Source: an uncultured Planctomycetia bacterium (GTDB lineage: Bacteria; Omnitrophota; Gorgyraeia; Duberdicusellales; 4484-171). Taken from it: DNA of 64,000 bases. The position numbers and the translations under genes are program-made. The notes beneath the pieces were generated by a model that was given only the letters and a program-made list of their open reading frames with translations, was not told where the DNA came from and searched no databases. Below are positions 37,525-49,408 of this stretch, piece after piece. Within the stretch, counting starts at the first letter, position 1, and each line of letters opens with the position of its first letter. Location of the stretch: the NCBI GenBank assembly GCA_964635565.1, contig CAZWON010000001.1:71020-135019 (forward strand), in the 5' to 3' direction.

Positions 37525-39318
37525 ATGCGAGAGTATTTTAAATTATTAAGATTTGTTAAGCATCACATAGGTATTTTGGTGGTTGCTTCTTTTTGTATGT
37601 TTATCTCTACTATTTTTAACGGGGTGTCTTTAGGGATGATAGTACCTTTAAGTGATAGGGTTCTTACTAACAAGAAAATTATTGTTCCTACCCCTGTTCC
37701 TCATTTTGTCAGTCGTATTATAGATAAACTTAATTCTTTAGAGCCTATATATGTATTAAAGATGATGGCTATTATTTTGGTTATTCTTTTTTTTCTTAAA
37801 GGGGTAGTATTTTTTTTCCAAAATTATCTTATGAATATGGTGGGTCAGCGGTGTGTAAGGGATGTAAGGAATGCCCTTTATAGAAAATTTCAGGAGTTAT
37901 CTTTAGATTTTTATGGAAAAAAGAGAACAGGCGAATTAATCTCCCGGATAACTAACGATGTAAGTCTTATAACTCAGGCGATAAGTTATGCTTTAACGGA
38001 CCTTATTTATCAGTCAATGCAGATAGCATTTTTTACTTTTCTTGTTTTTTATATCTACTGGAAGATGGCGTTGATTTCTTTTGTAGTATTCCCTTTGATT
38101 GTTTTTCCTGTGATAGTATTGGGGAAAAGGATAAAAAAATTTTCCATATATACTCAGAGAAAAATGGCTGACCTTAATTCTCAGCTGGCAGAGACAATTC
38201 AAGGAGTATATATTGTAAAGGTATTTGGGAGAGAAAGTTACGAATATAATCGGTTTAGAGATGTTAATCAGCAGTATTATAAGTTTATTTTAAAGTCTAT
38301 TAAAAGAATGATAGTGCTTTCTCCATTGACAGAATTTATTGGGGCGGTAGGAGCTGTATTTATTCTTCTTCTGGCAGGCAGAGACGTTATAGCAGGCAAA
38401 ATTTCTTTTGGAGTATTTGGTCTATTTTTAGGTTCCCTTATGTCTATGATAAGGCCATTTAAAAAATTATCTGGTGTCTATTCTATAACTCAACAGGCGT
38501 TAGGTGCTTCAAAAAGAATATACGATATTCTTGAAGAGAAACCCACAGTAATAGAGAAAGAACACGCATTGCTTAAAGATGATTTTACGCATGGTATAAT
38601 TTTTGAAGGGGTATGGTTTAAGTACGGAAAAAGTGAAGATTTTGTTCTGAAAGATATCAATCTTAAAGTAAATAAAAATAATATTATTGCTATAGTAGGC
38701 CACTCAGGAGCAGGAAAATCTACATTGGTTAGTTTAATACCGAGGTTATACGATCCTGTCCGAGGCAAAGTTTTAATTGATGGGTTAGACTTAAGGGATT
38801 TGACTCTGCGCTCTTTAAGAAATTTAATTTCGGTTGTTTCCCAGGAGATGGTGATTTTTAACAATACCGTCCGGGAAAATATTGCTTACGGTAAAGAAGG
38901 GTCATCTTTTAGTGAGATAGTTACAGCGGCAAGGAAAGCTTTTGCTTATGATTTTATCCAAAAGTTACCTCAGGGATTTGATACAGTTCTGGGAGATAGG
39001 GGATTTAGACTCTCCGGGGGAGAGAAGCAGAGGATAGCTATTGCCCGTGCCTTTTTGAAAGATTCTCCAATTCTTATCTTGGATGAAGCCACCAGCCATC
39101 TTGACTCTGAGTCAGAGCGTCTTATTAAGGAAGCACTTTATAACCTTATGCAAGGTAAGACAGTTTTTGTAATTGCCCATCGACTTTCTACTGTTCAACA
39201 TGCTACAAAAATAATAGTAATGGAGAAAGGAAAAATAGTAGAAGAGGGCACACATAAGGAACTTATTAAGTTAGGGAAAGTATATCAGAGGATTTACCAG
39301 TTACAATTTAATGTATAG
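37525..39318 (+). CDS. msbA: Lipid A export ABC transporter, MsbA-like
   Basis: TM domain plus GHSGAGKST, LSGGEKQRIAIAR, ILDEATS, IAHRLST; next to lpxB. Confidence 0.82.
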   Translation: MREYFKLLRFVKHHIGILVVASFCMFISTIFNGVSLGMIVPLSDRVLTNKKIIVPTPVPHFVSRIIDKLNSLEPIYVLKMMAIILVILFFLKGVVFFFQNYLMNMVGQRCVRDVRNALYRKFQELSLDFYGKKRTGELISRITNDVSLITQAISYALTDLIYQSMQIAFFTFLVFYIYWKMALISFVVFPLIVFPVIVLGKRIKKFSIYTQRKMADLNSQLAETIQGVYIVKVFGRESYEYNRFRDVNQQYYKFILKSIKRMIVLSPLTEFIGAVGAVFILLLAGRDVIAGKISFGVFGLFLGSLMSMIRPFKKLSGVYSITQQALGASKRIYDILEEKPTVIEKEHALLKDDFTHGIIFEGVWFKYGKSEDFVLKDINLKVNKNNIIAIVGHSGAGKSTLVSLIPRLYDPVRGKVLIDGLDLRDLTLRSLRNLISVVSQEMVIFNNTVRENIAYGKEGSSFSEIVTAARKAFAYDFIQKLPQGFDTVLGDRGFRLSGGEKQRIAIARAFLKDSPILILDEATSHLDSESERLIKEALYNLMQGKTVFVIAHRLSTVQHATKIIVMEKGKIVEEGTHKELIKLGKVYQRIYQLQFNV

Positions 39319-39379
39319 TACTATTTAATCTTCCAATAGGAGTTAGTTTTTTTGGATAATTTATGTACGTAATAATATG

Positions 39380-39407
39380 TTGAAAGTGTAAAGAGTTGTG
39401 GTATACT
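39380..39407 (+). promoter_or_regulatory. Putative promoter of the rpsB operon
   Basis: TTGAAA (39380-39385), 16 nt, TG-extended TATACT (39402-39407); GGAGG RBS before rpsB. Confidence 0.5.
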
Positions 39408-39450
39408 TTTATTTCCAAAGATAAACTAAGTTAATAAAGAGAGGAGGTTT

Positions 39451-40239
39451 ATGGTTTTACCTGAAATTATAAGAGACCTGTTGGAGAATGGAGTACATTT
39501 TGGACATTTGAGCAAACATTGGAGTCCCAAAATGAAGCAATTTATTTTTGGGAAAAAAAAGAATATATATATAATTGACTTAGAGAAAACTGCTCAGAAG
39601 ATAGAAGAGAGCAAAGATTTTCTTAAGAAAATTGCTTCTGAAGGGAAAAAGATTCTTTTTGTCGCTACTAAGAGACAGCTTAAAGAGGTTATAGAGCAGT
39701 TTGCTATCTCGTGCCAGATGCCTTATATTGTAGAGAGATGGATAGGGGGTTTTCTTACTAATTTTTCTACTATACGCAGTAGGATTGATAAGTATATTGA
39801 GCTTAGAGAGAAGAAGGAAAAGGGTGAATTGGGTAAGGTTTCTAATAAGGAATTACTCAGAATTAACAGAGAGTTAGAGAAGATGGAGAAGAATTACCGG
39901 GGAGTAGTATCTTTAGAAAGTTTACCTGCATGCATTTATATTGTTGACCCTAAGAGAGAAGTGACTGCAGTAAGAGAAGCACGTAAGCTTAATATTCCTA
40001 TTGTCGCCCTTATTGATACTGATTCAGATCCTGAAGTTATAGATTATCCCATTCCTGGAAATGACGATGCTATAAAATCTGTAAGTTACATTACTCGTTG
40101 CCTTGTAGAAGCAATAAAAGAAGGAATGAAAGATAGCGTTGATTCTAATTATTTTGAGGGAGATAATAAAGATACTGAAGAAAGTGATAGTTATTCAGAA
40201 GAAAATACTTCTACAGAAAATTTACAATCTACTTCTTAA
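39451..40239 (+). CDS. rpsB: 30S ribosomal protein S2
   Basis: GVHFGH, RWIGGFLTNF, IPGNDDAIKS. Confidence 0.97.
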   Translation: MVLPEIIRDLLENGVHFGHLSKHWSPKMKQFIFGKKKNIYIIDLEKTAQKIEESKDFLKKIASEGKKILFVATKRQLKEVIEQFAISCQMPYIVERWIGGFLTNFSTIRSRIDKYIELREKKEKGELGKVSNKELLRINRELEKMEKNYRGVVSLESLPACIYIVDPKREVTAVREARKLNIPIVALIDTDSDPEVIDYPIPGNDDAIKSVSYITRCLVEAIKEGMKDSVDSNYFEGDNKDTEESDSYSEENTSTENLQSTS

Positions 40240-40251
40240 GAAGGAGGTGCA

Positions 40252-40779
40252 ATGAACAATCTTGATAAGATTAAAAAATTAAGAGAGTTGACCTCTTTAG
40301 GCGTATTGGAGTGTAAGAAAGCCTTGCAGGAAAGCAAGGGAGACTTTGATACTGCTCTTGGTTTGCTTAAGAAAAGAGGCATAGAGATTACAGAGAAAAA
40401 GAAAGGTCGTAAAACTGCTCAAGGGTTGATAGATTCTTACATCCATTTTGGAGGAAATCTTGGTGTATTGGTAGAGGTGAACTGCGAGACAGATTTTGTT
40501 GCTAAGACAGATGTTTTTAAATCCTTTGTGAGGGATTTAGCTATACATATTGCTGCTTGTTCTCCCGAGTATATATCTAAAGATGATATTCCTGAAGAAA
40601 AACTGCGCAATATTTCTGATATTAAAGAATATACAAAAGAACACTGCCTAATGGAGCAACTTTTTGTAAAGGATAATTCTAAAACTGTCGGGGACTGTTT
40701 AAGAGAGGTAATTTCTAAAACAGGGGAAAATATTGTAATAAAAAGATTTGCGAGATTTTCTTTAGAAGATGCACTCTAA
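40252..40779 (+). CDS. tsf: Elongation factor Ts (short form)
   Basis: IKKLRELT..CKKAL UBA-like N-terminus, EVNCETDFVA, GENIVIKRFARF. Confidence 0.95.
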   Translation: MNNLDKIKKLRELTSLGVLECKKALQESKGDFDTALGLLKKRGIEITEKKKGRKTAQGLIDSYIHFGGNLGVLVEVNCETDFVAKTDVFKSFVRDLAIHIAACSPEYISKDDIPEEKLRNISDIKEYTKEHCLMEQLFVKDNSKTVGDCLREVISKTGENIVIKRFARFSLEDAL

Positions 40780-41482
40780 ATATAAACGAATCCTTCTTAA
40801 ATTAAGCGGAGAGGCATTCTTGGGTAGAAAGCCTCATGGTATTGATACTTCGATGTGTGCCCATCTGGCAGAGCAGATTAAAGAAGTTGTTTCTCTTAAG
40901 GTTGAAGTGGCTATTGTTGTAGGAGGAGGAAATATTTTCCGAGGAGCTTCTCGTTCAAAGGAATTTGAGATGGAACGTACTGTTGCAGATTATATGGGCA
41001 TGTTAGCTACTGTATTAAATGGATTAGCTTTGCAGAATGCCTTGGAAAATAAAGGAATACCTACAAGAGTGATGACAGCTATTCAGATGCATCAGGTGGC
41101 AGAGCCCTATATAAGAAGAAGGGCTATTAGGCATTTAGAGAAGAAGCGTGTAGTTATATTTGTAGGGGGGACAGGCAATCCCTATTTTACTACAGATACA
41201 GCAGCCGCTTTAAGGAGCATTGAAATTAATGCTGATGTTCTCCTTAAAGGTACAAAGGTTGAGGGAATATATTCAGGAGATCCCCTTAAAAGTAAAAAAG
41301 CAAGATTATTTAAAAAGCTTAGTTATATGGATATTATAAAAAAAGAGCTTAAAATTATGGATTCTACAGCAATAACTTTATGCATGGAGAACAAATTGCC
41401 TATAGTTGTGTTTAATTTTATGAAGAAAAATAACCTTAAGAATATTATTTTAGGAAAAGAGGCAGGTACACTCGTTAGGTAG
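40769..41482 (+). CDS. pyrH: UMP kinase
   Basis: LLKLSGEA, GGGNIFRG, DYMGMLAT, GTGNPYFTTDTAAALR. Confidence 0.97.
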   Translation: MHSKYKRILLKLSGEAFLGRKPHGIDTSMCAHLAEQIKEVVSLKVEVAIVVGGGNIFRGASRSKEFEMERTVADYMGMLATVLNGLALQNALENKGIPTRVMTAIQMHQVAEPYIRRRAIRHLEKKRVVIFVGGTGNPYFTTDTAAALRSIEINADVLLKGTKVEGIYSGDPLKSKKARLFKKLSYMDIIKKELKIMDSTAITLCMENKLPIVVFNFMKKNNLKNIILGKEAGTLVR

Positions 41483-41490
41483 GAGGCAAT

Positions 41491-42051
41491 ATGGTTATTA
41501 AAGAGTTTCTTAAAGAAGTAGAAAGTTCAATGAAGAAAACTATAGAAGCCACAAAAAGAGAATTCGGAGAATTACGTTCTGGCAGAGCCAATCCTAAAAT
41601 CGTAGAGGGGATTAGGGTTAATTATTATGGTACTCCTACTCTTCTTAAAGATATTGCCACTATTAGTGTGCCTGAAGCAAGGCTTATAGTTATTAATCCT
41701 TGGGATCCTAATTCAGTTAAAGAAATAGAACGTGCTATTTTTCAGTCTGATTTAGGAATAGCTCCTCTTGTTGAGGGAAAGGTAATTCGTTTAGTTATCC
41801 CTCCTCTTTCAGAAGAAAGAAGAGGCGAGCTTATAAAATTAGCAAAGAAAATATCTGAGGAAGGGAAAATATCTATAAGGACAATAAGAAGGGATGCAAA
41901 GGAAAAAATAAGAAGTTTAGAAAAGAGCAAGAAAGTATCTGAGGACGATAGATTTAGAGGGGAGGAGGAACTTCAGAAGCTTACTGATAAGTACATTGAG
42001 GAAATAGAGTCTCTTCTTAAGGAAAAAGAAAAAGAATTAAAAGAGTTTTAA
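41491..42051 (+). CDS. frr: Ribosome recycling factor
   Basis: RSGRANP, YYGTPT, PPLSEERR, IRRDA. Confidence 0.97.
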   Translation: MVIKEFLKEVESSMKKTIEATKREFGELRSGRANPKIVEGIRVNYYGTPTLLKDIATISVPEARLIVINPWDPNSVKEIERAIFQSDLGIAPLVEGKVIRLVIPPLSEERRGELIKLAKKISEEGKISIRTIRRDAKEKIRSLEKSKKVSEDDRFRGEEELQKLTDKYIEEIESLLKEKEKELKEF

Positions 42052-42124
42052 GAGCCGCTAGCTCATCAGGTAGAGCACCGGCCTTTTAAGCCGGGAGTGC
42101 CGAGTTCGAGCCTCGGGCGGCTCA
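42052..42124 (+). tRNA. tRNA-Lys (TTT)
   Basis: Acceptor GAGCCGC/GCGGCTC, anticodon arm CCGGC-CTTTTAA-GCCGG, GTTCGA T-loop; no encoded CCA. Confidence 0.95.
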
Positions 42125-42368
42125 TATTTAGTAACCCTTAATAAAAATTATAAATTTGTAGATATTTTGTTATTTAAAAGATAGCATTATTATTAAGATA
42201 GAAAAGTGCTCCATTCAAGATAGAAAGGGAATATTTTTAGAGTTAAGAAATAGATCTGTATTAAATAATCCAATGTTAAAATTTAAAGTAGTTTTTACAG
42301 AAAACTTTAGTTTTTAATCCGATGTAAATAAAGGGTTTAATTCTTTTGATAATAAAGTGTTCATCTGT

Positions 42369-42451
42369 GCCGCGGTGGCGGAACGGGCAGACGCGCATGG
42401 CTTAGGACCATGTCCTTTATGGGGGTGGGAGTTCAACTCTCCCCCGCGGCA
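42369..42451 (+). tRNA. tRNA-Leu (TAG)
   Basis: GCCGCGG/CCGCGGC acceptor, CATGG-CTTAGGA-CCATG, long variable arm, GTTCAA T-loop; no CCA. Confidence 0.95.
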
Positions 42452-42495
42452 GAAAATTATAAAAATGTATTCTTCTAAGGAATTCTGCTATTTTT

Positions 42496-42567
42496 GCGAG
42501 GGTAGCTCAATGGAAGAGCACCACGTTGCCAACGTGGTGGTTGCGGGTTCAAGCCCCGTCCCTCGCT
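42496..42567 (+). tRNA. tRNA-Gly (GCC)
   Basis: GCGAGGG/CCCTCGC acceptor, CCACG-TTGCCAA-CGTGG, GGTTCAAG T-loop; no CCA. Confidence 0.95.
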
Positions 42568-42769
42568 CTCAAGCGATAAAAAGGTAAACTTTTTAATAGA
42601 CCAAAGAAAAATTCTTTTTTATAAAAATTGATTCTTCTGTTATTTAAGGAAAGATATTTAGATTGATATACTTCAAGAATTAAATTGAAAGAGGGAAGTA
42701 TTGTTGCTAGAGGATTTATATTTTTAGATGAGATTTTAAGAAAAAGGAGTAAAGACGGGGAGCGATATT

Positions 42770-43231
42770 ATGGAGTATTTGCATCCTGACGATATAATTC
42801 TTAATATAAAAGGTAGAAGTAAAAAAAACATAATTTCTTTTCTCTTAGAACATTTATCCAAGAGAAAAAGAATTAATAAAAAAGATAAAAAAAATATACT
42901 TAAGGCAATAATGCAGAGAGAAAGTATGGGGTCTACCGCTATTGGAGGATATATTGCCTTACCGCATGCTCGCTTAAGTTGCATAAAGGATATAATAATC
43001 TGTGTTGGTATATCAAAGGAAGGAGTTAATTTTGATTCTTTGGATGAAGAGCCCGTTCATATTATTGTCCTTTTACTTTCTAATCAAAAAAACGCAGGTT
43101 TACATCTAAAAACATTAGCTCACTTGGCAAAAATTTTAAGAGATAGGTCTTTTGTACAGAAATTAAAGAATATTCAGACTAAAGAGGAGGCCATTGATTT
43201 AGTTAATCGTCAGCATAATTTGTTGAAATAG
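42770..43231 (+). CDS. PTS EIIA component (Fru/Ntr type, PtsN-like)
   Basis: RESMGSTAIG..IALPHAR phospho-His motif, FDSLDEEPV, HLKTLA. Confidence 0.88.
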   Translation: MEYLHPDDIILNIKGRSKKNIISFLLEHLSKRKRINKKDKKNILKAIMQRESMGSTAIGGYIALPHARLSCIKDIIICVGISKEGVNFDSLDEEPVHIIVLLLSNQKNAGLHLKTLAHLAKILRDRSFVQKLKNIQTKEEAIDLVNRQHNLLK

Positions 43232-43240
43232 AGGGATGGG

Positions 43241-44509
43241 ATGAAGAAATTTATAAAATTTATTCGGTGGTTTTATCCTGGTTTGAAGATAAAAAGGTGG
43301 ATAAGTTTACTTTTAGCAGGGGTACTTTTTATTTTTATTTCTTCTTCTCATTTATCTAAAGATACATATTTTCTTTTTAGAATTGTATATAAAGGGATAT
43401 TTATAATAGGAGTTATTTTGCTTGTAGGGGGCGTAGCCTATCTTATTAAAAGTTTTTTTGAGGCTATTTATCCCCATAAAGAAAAAGATCTAATAGACAT
43501 TATTTATGAAAAGAGATTCTTGTCTAAGGGGCCTAAGATTGTAGCAATAGGAGGAGGCACAGGGTTATCGACAATTTTGGAGGGTTTAAAAGAATATACT
43601 TCCAATATCTCTGCTATTGTAACTGTGGCAGATGAAGGGGGATCCTCGGGAAGGCTTCGTGAGGAATTTGGTATTTTACCACCCGGAGACATAAGGAACT
43701 GTTTAGTTTCTTTAGCAGAAGCTCCCCAACTTATGCGGGATTTATTTCAGTATCGTTTCCAAGAGGGAGAAGGGATAAAAGGGCATAGTTTTGGAAATAT
43801 TTTTATAACTGCCCTTACAGAAGTAACAGGAAGTTTTAAGGCAGCAGTAGAAGAGTCAAGTAAGGTTCTAGCTATACGGGGAAGAGTTATCCCTGCAAGT
43901 CTTAATAGAGTAAGATTAAGAGCAGAATATTTAGATGGTTCAGTTAAAGAAGGAGAAGATAAAATTTCCCAAGTAGAAAAACCTATTAAAAAGATTTATC
44001 TTATACCCCCATCTACTCAGTCAAATCCTGAAGCAGTAGAAGCTATAAAAGAGACAGAGATTATTATTTTGGGTCCGGGGAGTCTTTTTACGAGTGTATT
44101 GCCCAATCTTCTTATCAAAGAGATAAGAGAAGAGATTATTAGAAGAGATGTTTTGAAGATTTATATTTGTAATGTTATGACCCAGCATGGAGAGACCGAT
44201 GGATTTACTGCTGCTGATCATATAGAAGTTTTATTTAAACATACTGATAATAAAATTATTAACTGTTGTTTGGTTAACTCCGGACGCTTAGACTATAACT
44301 TACTTTTAAGGTATTCTAAAGAGAAATCATTCCCTGTGATTCCTGACAAGAAACGTCTGGAAAAAATGGGGATAATGGTTATAGAAGATAGTTTAGTGAG
44401 TAGGACTGATTATTTAAGGCACGATCCTCATAAGACCGCTAAAGTAATAATTAATATTTATAATAACTGGAAAAGAAAATGGAAAGGTTTGAACAAGAAA
44501 TTATTGTAG
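43241..44509 (+). CDS. YvcK/GlmR (UPF0052, CofD-like) gluconeogenesis factor with N-terminal TM segments
   Basis: GGGTGLS, VTVADEGGSSGRLR, PPGDIRNC, GHSFGN, GPGSLFTSVLPNLL, RHDP. Confidence 0.9.
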   Translation: MKKFIKFIRWFYPGLKIKRWISLLLAGVLFIFISSSHLSKDTYFLFRIVYKGIFIIGVILLVGGVAYLIKSFFEAIYPHKEKDLIDIIYEKRFLSKGPKIVAIGGGTGLSTILEGLKEYTSNISAIVTVADEGGSSGRLREEFGILPPGDIRNCLVSLAEAPQLMRDLFQYRFQEGEGIKGHSFGNIFITALTEVTGSFKAAVEESSKVLAIRGRVIPASLNRVRLRAEYLDGSVKEGEDKISQVEKPIKKIYLIPPSTQSNPEAVEAIKETEIIILGPGSLFTSVLPNLLIKEIREEIIRRDVLKIYICNVMTQHGETDGFTAADHIEVLFKHTDNKIINCCLVNSGRLDYNLLLRYSKEKSFPVIPDKKRLEKMGIMVIEDSLVSRTDYLRHDPHKTAKVIINIYNNWKRKWKGLNKKLL

Positions 44510-44745
44510 GTAATCTCCATGGGTTACATGCACGTCCCGCAGCGATTTTTGTGCAGATAGCTAATAAATTTGATTCTTCAGTGAAAATAGAAAAAGACAG
44601 TGAGGTAGTTGATGGAAAATCTATTATTGCTGTGTTAAGTTTAGGTGTATCAAAAGGGACGAGAATCCGTTTAATTATTGAAGGGAACGATGCTGAAGAA
44701 GCAGGTAGAGAGCTGAAAAAATTTTTGGAGAGCAATAATGGTTAA
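44479..44745 (+). CDS. ptsH: Phosphocarrier protein HPr
   Basis: GLHARPAA (His15) and DGKSIIAVLSLG (Ser46). Confidence 0.93.
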   Translation: MERFEQEIIVGNLHGLHARPAAIFVQIANKFDSSVKIEKDSEVVDGKSIIAVLSLGVSKGTRIRLIIEGNDAEEAGRELKKFLESNNG

Positions 44746-46492
44746 ATTAAAAGGGATAGCAGCTTCAGGTGGTATCGCTGTAGGAAAGGTTTATTATTTG
44801 GGGGGCGATGAATTTTGTATCCTTAAGAAGAGAATCTCCTATGAGGAGATATCTCGGGAGATATACAGATTAGAGGAGGCTTTAATTGCTACACGGAAAG
44901 AGATTGTTAATCTTCAGAAAAAAATATCTGATGAGTTGGGATTCTTGGAGGCAAAGATTTTTGAAGCGCACTTATTGGTGCTTGAGGATAGAGTATTGAT
45001 AGAGGATGTTATTCAGCAGATAAAAAAGAGAGTAAATGTTGAATATGCCTTTTCCCAGAGTATAAAAAAATATATAGATATCTTGACTAATATTGATGAC
45101 AATTATTTAAAAGAAAGAGCTGCAGATATAAAAGATATAGGTAAAAGAGTATTAAGAAAGTTGCTCAAAAAAGATTTTCCTCAGATACATGAACTTAAAG
45201 AGAAAGTTGTTGTAGTAGCTCATGATTTGTCACCTGCAGATACTGCCAGTTTACCGAAGGATAAAATCATTGGCTTTGTTACTGATATCGGTGGTAGTAC
45301 ATCTCATACAGCAATTTTAGCACGCAATTTAAGTATTCCTGCAGTAGTAGGAACAGAAGTAGCAACCCAGCATATAAAAGGAGGAGAATTAGTTGTTGTG
45401 GATGGCTTTGAAGGGGTTGTTGTTGTAAATCCTACAGAAAGGACAATTAAAGTTTACCAAAAGAAGTCTGCCCAGATACGTCGCACAATAAAAGTTACTT
45501 TTGCGCCTAAAACTCTTAAGCCTCAGACAATCGACGGTAAAAGATTGGTTATTTCTGCTAATATTGAGTTTCCTGAGGAACTTCCTTTAGTAGAACATTT
45601 TGGAGCAGAAGGTGTAGGATTATATAGGACAGAATATATTTTTGTAGGAAAGACTCATTTGCCTTCTGAAGAAGAGCAGTTTAAAGCTTATTATAATGTA
45701 GCGAGAAAAATTAAACCCAATCCTGTTATCATAAGGACCATTGATATAGGGGGAGATAAATTTCTCTCTCGACCTGAGGTCCCCCAAGAGTTTACTCCTT
45801 TTTTAGGGTGGCGAGCAATAAGATTTTGTTTGGCGCGACCAGAGATATTTAAATCACAATTGAGAGCAATCTTAAGAGCTTCGACAGAAAAAAATATAAA
45901 AATAATGTTTCCTATGATTTCCGGTATAGAAGAGTTGAGAAAAGCAAAAATTATTCTTCAAGAATGTAAGGAAGCACTTAAAAAAGAAGGGAAAAGCTTT
46001 GATGAGGATATATCTGTAGGAGTAATGATTGAGGTTCCTTCAGCTGCTTTGACTGCTGACATATTGGCTAAAGAGTGTGATTTTTTTAGCATTGGAACCA
46101 ATGATTTAATTCAGTATGCTCTTGCTGTGGATAGGGCTAATGAGAAGGTAGCTTATCTTTATGAACCTGCGCATCCTGCAGTATTGCGTCTAATAAGAGA
46201 TGTTATATCTATTGCCCACCGTAATAATATTTGGGTAGGGATGTGTGGAGAGATGGCAGGAGAGGCTATGTTTGCTTTTTTGCTTTTAGGAATGGGATTG
46301 GATGAATTTAGCATACCACCTCCACGAGTACCTAAAATAAAAAGACTGATAAGTAAGGTAAAGTTTTCTGATGCTCAAAAAACAGTAGATGCAGTTATAA
46401 AATTATCTACACCAAAAGAGGTGGAAAAGCATCTTCAAAATATTTTAAGAGAAATTTTAAAAGATGATTTCTATACTATTATAGGAAGATAA
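44738..46492 (+). CDS. ptsI: Phosphoenolpyruvate-protein phosphotransferase (Enzyme I)
   Basis: GGSTSHTAILAR, GVGLYRTE, FSIGTNDLIQY, GMCGEMAG; no N-terminal GAF domain. Confidence 0.93.
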   Translation: MVKLKGIAASGGIAVGKVYYLGGDEFCILKKRISYEEISREIYRLEEALIATRKEIVNLQKKISDELGFLEAKIFEAHLLVLEDRVLIEDVIQQIKKRVNVEYAFSQSIKKYIDILTNIDDNYLKERAADIKDIGKRVLRKLLKKDFPQIHELKEKVVVVAHDLSPADTASLPKDKIIGFVTDIGGSTSHTAILARNLSIPAVVGTEVATQHIKGGELVVVDGFEGVVVVNPTERTIKVYQKKSAQIRRTIKVTFAPKTLKPQTIDGKRLVISANIEFPEELPLVEHFGAEGVGLYRTEYIFVGKTHLPSEEEQFKAYYNVARKIKPNPVIIRTIDIGGDKFLSRPEVPQEFTPFLGWRAIRFCLARPEIFKSQLRAILRASTEKNIKIMFPMISGIEELRKAKIILQECKEALKKEGKSFDEDISVGVMIEVPSAALTADILAKECDFFSIGTNDLIQYALAVDRANEKVAYLYEPAHPAVLRLIRDVISIAHRNNIWVGMCGEMAGEAMFAFLLLGMGLDEFSIPPPRVPKIKRLISKVKFSDAQKTVDAVIKLSTPKEVEKHLQNILREILKDDFYTIIGR

Positions 46493-46495
46493 TAA

Positions 46496-48291
<1,796 letters not shown>

Positions 48292-48308
<17 letters not shown>

Positions 48309-49383
48309 TATAAGAAAATTGAAGGTTTATAAACCAGGAAAGCCTATTGAGGAGTTAAGAAGGAGTCTTAAATTGGATAAGGTTTATAAACTGGCATCTA
48401 ATGAGAATCCCTTCTCTCCTTTATATATAAAAAAGGCAGTTTTAAAAGAATTAGCGAATATCAATCGTTATCCCGAAGCAGATTGTTTTTATTTGCGCAA
48501 AATATTAGCGCATAAGTTGAAGGTAAATGGAGAACAGCTTGTTTTTGGAAATGGCTCTGATGAAATTATTGTTATGACTTTAAGAGGATTCTGTAAATAC
48601 GATACTACTGTAATTGTTGGATACCCTACTTTTCTTATATATGAGATTCAGGCTAAGGTCTCCCGTCTAAAGACAAAGAGGGTTTTGTTCAAGAATTATC
48701 GTTATGATTTAGATGGTATAGCAAGAAGCATTGATAAGAAGACAGGTATTATTTTTATTGCCAATCCTGATAACCCTCACGGGACTTATTTATCCCATAA
48801 AGAAATAGAAAATTTTTTGTCCAAAATACCTCCCCATATACTCATATTTTTTGATGAGGCATATTTTGAATTTGCAAGAAAAAAAGATTTCCCCCAGAGC
48901 ATAAAATTTTTAAAAGAGAGAGGAAACATTATTATTACGAGAACATTTTCTAAGGCTTATGGTCTTGCAGGCTTACGAATAGGATATGCTATTACTACTT
49001 CTTCCATTGCTCAGATATTAAATAAAGTAAGAGAGCCATTTAATGTAAATAGATTTGCTCAAGTAGCAGCAATAGCCGCTTTAAAAAACAGAAGCTTTTT
49101 AGAGAAGACAGTAAATCATATAGATAAAGAAAAGAAATTTCTTTATCGTTGTTTAAAGGAATTAAATATAGAATATATAGAAAGTGCTACTAATTTCATT
49201 CTTATAAATTTTAAAAAAGACACTCAAGCTCTCTATCGCTATTTATTAAATAAGGGTATTATTATTAGAGAAATGGGGGGTTGGGGTTTAAGTAATTTTT
49301 TTAGGGTTACTATAGGAACGCATAAAGAAAATATAGCTTTTATACGGTACTTAAAGCATTATCTTAAAGGAGAGACTATATAA
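48292..49383 (+). CDS. hisC: Histidinol-phosphate/aromatic aminotransferase
   Basis: YKPGKP, KLASNENP, GNGSDE, DEAY, RTFSKAYGLAGLRIG. Confidence 0.92.
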
Positions 49384-49408
49384 AAAACATATAATAAGGG
49401 GGTAAATA

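Noticed and set aside
42357-42587. 76-aa + strand ORF
   Set aside because: It overlaps tRNA-Leu and tRNA-Gly; it is a translation of tRNA sequence.
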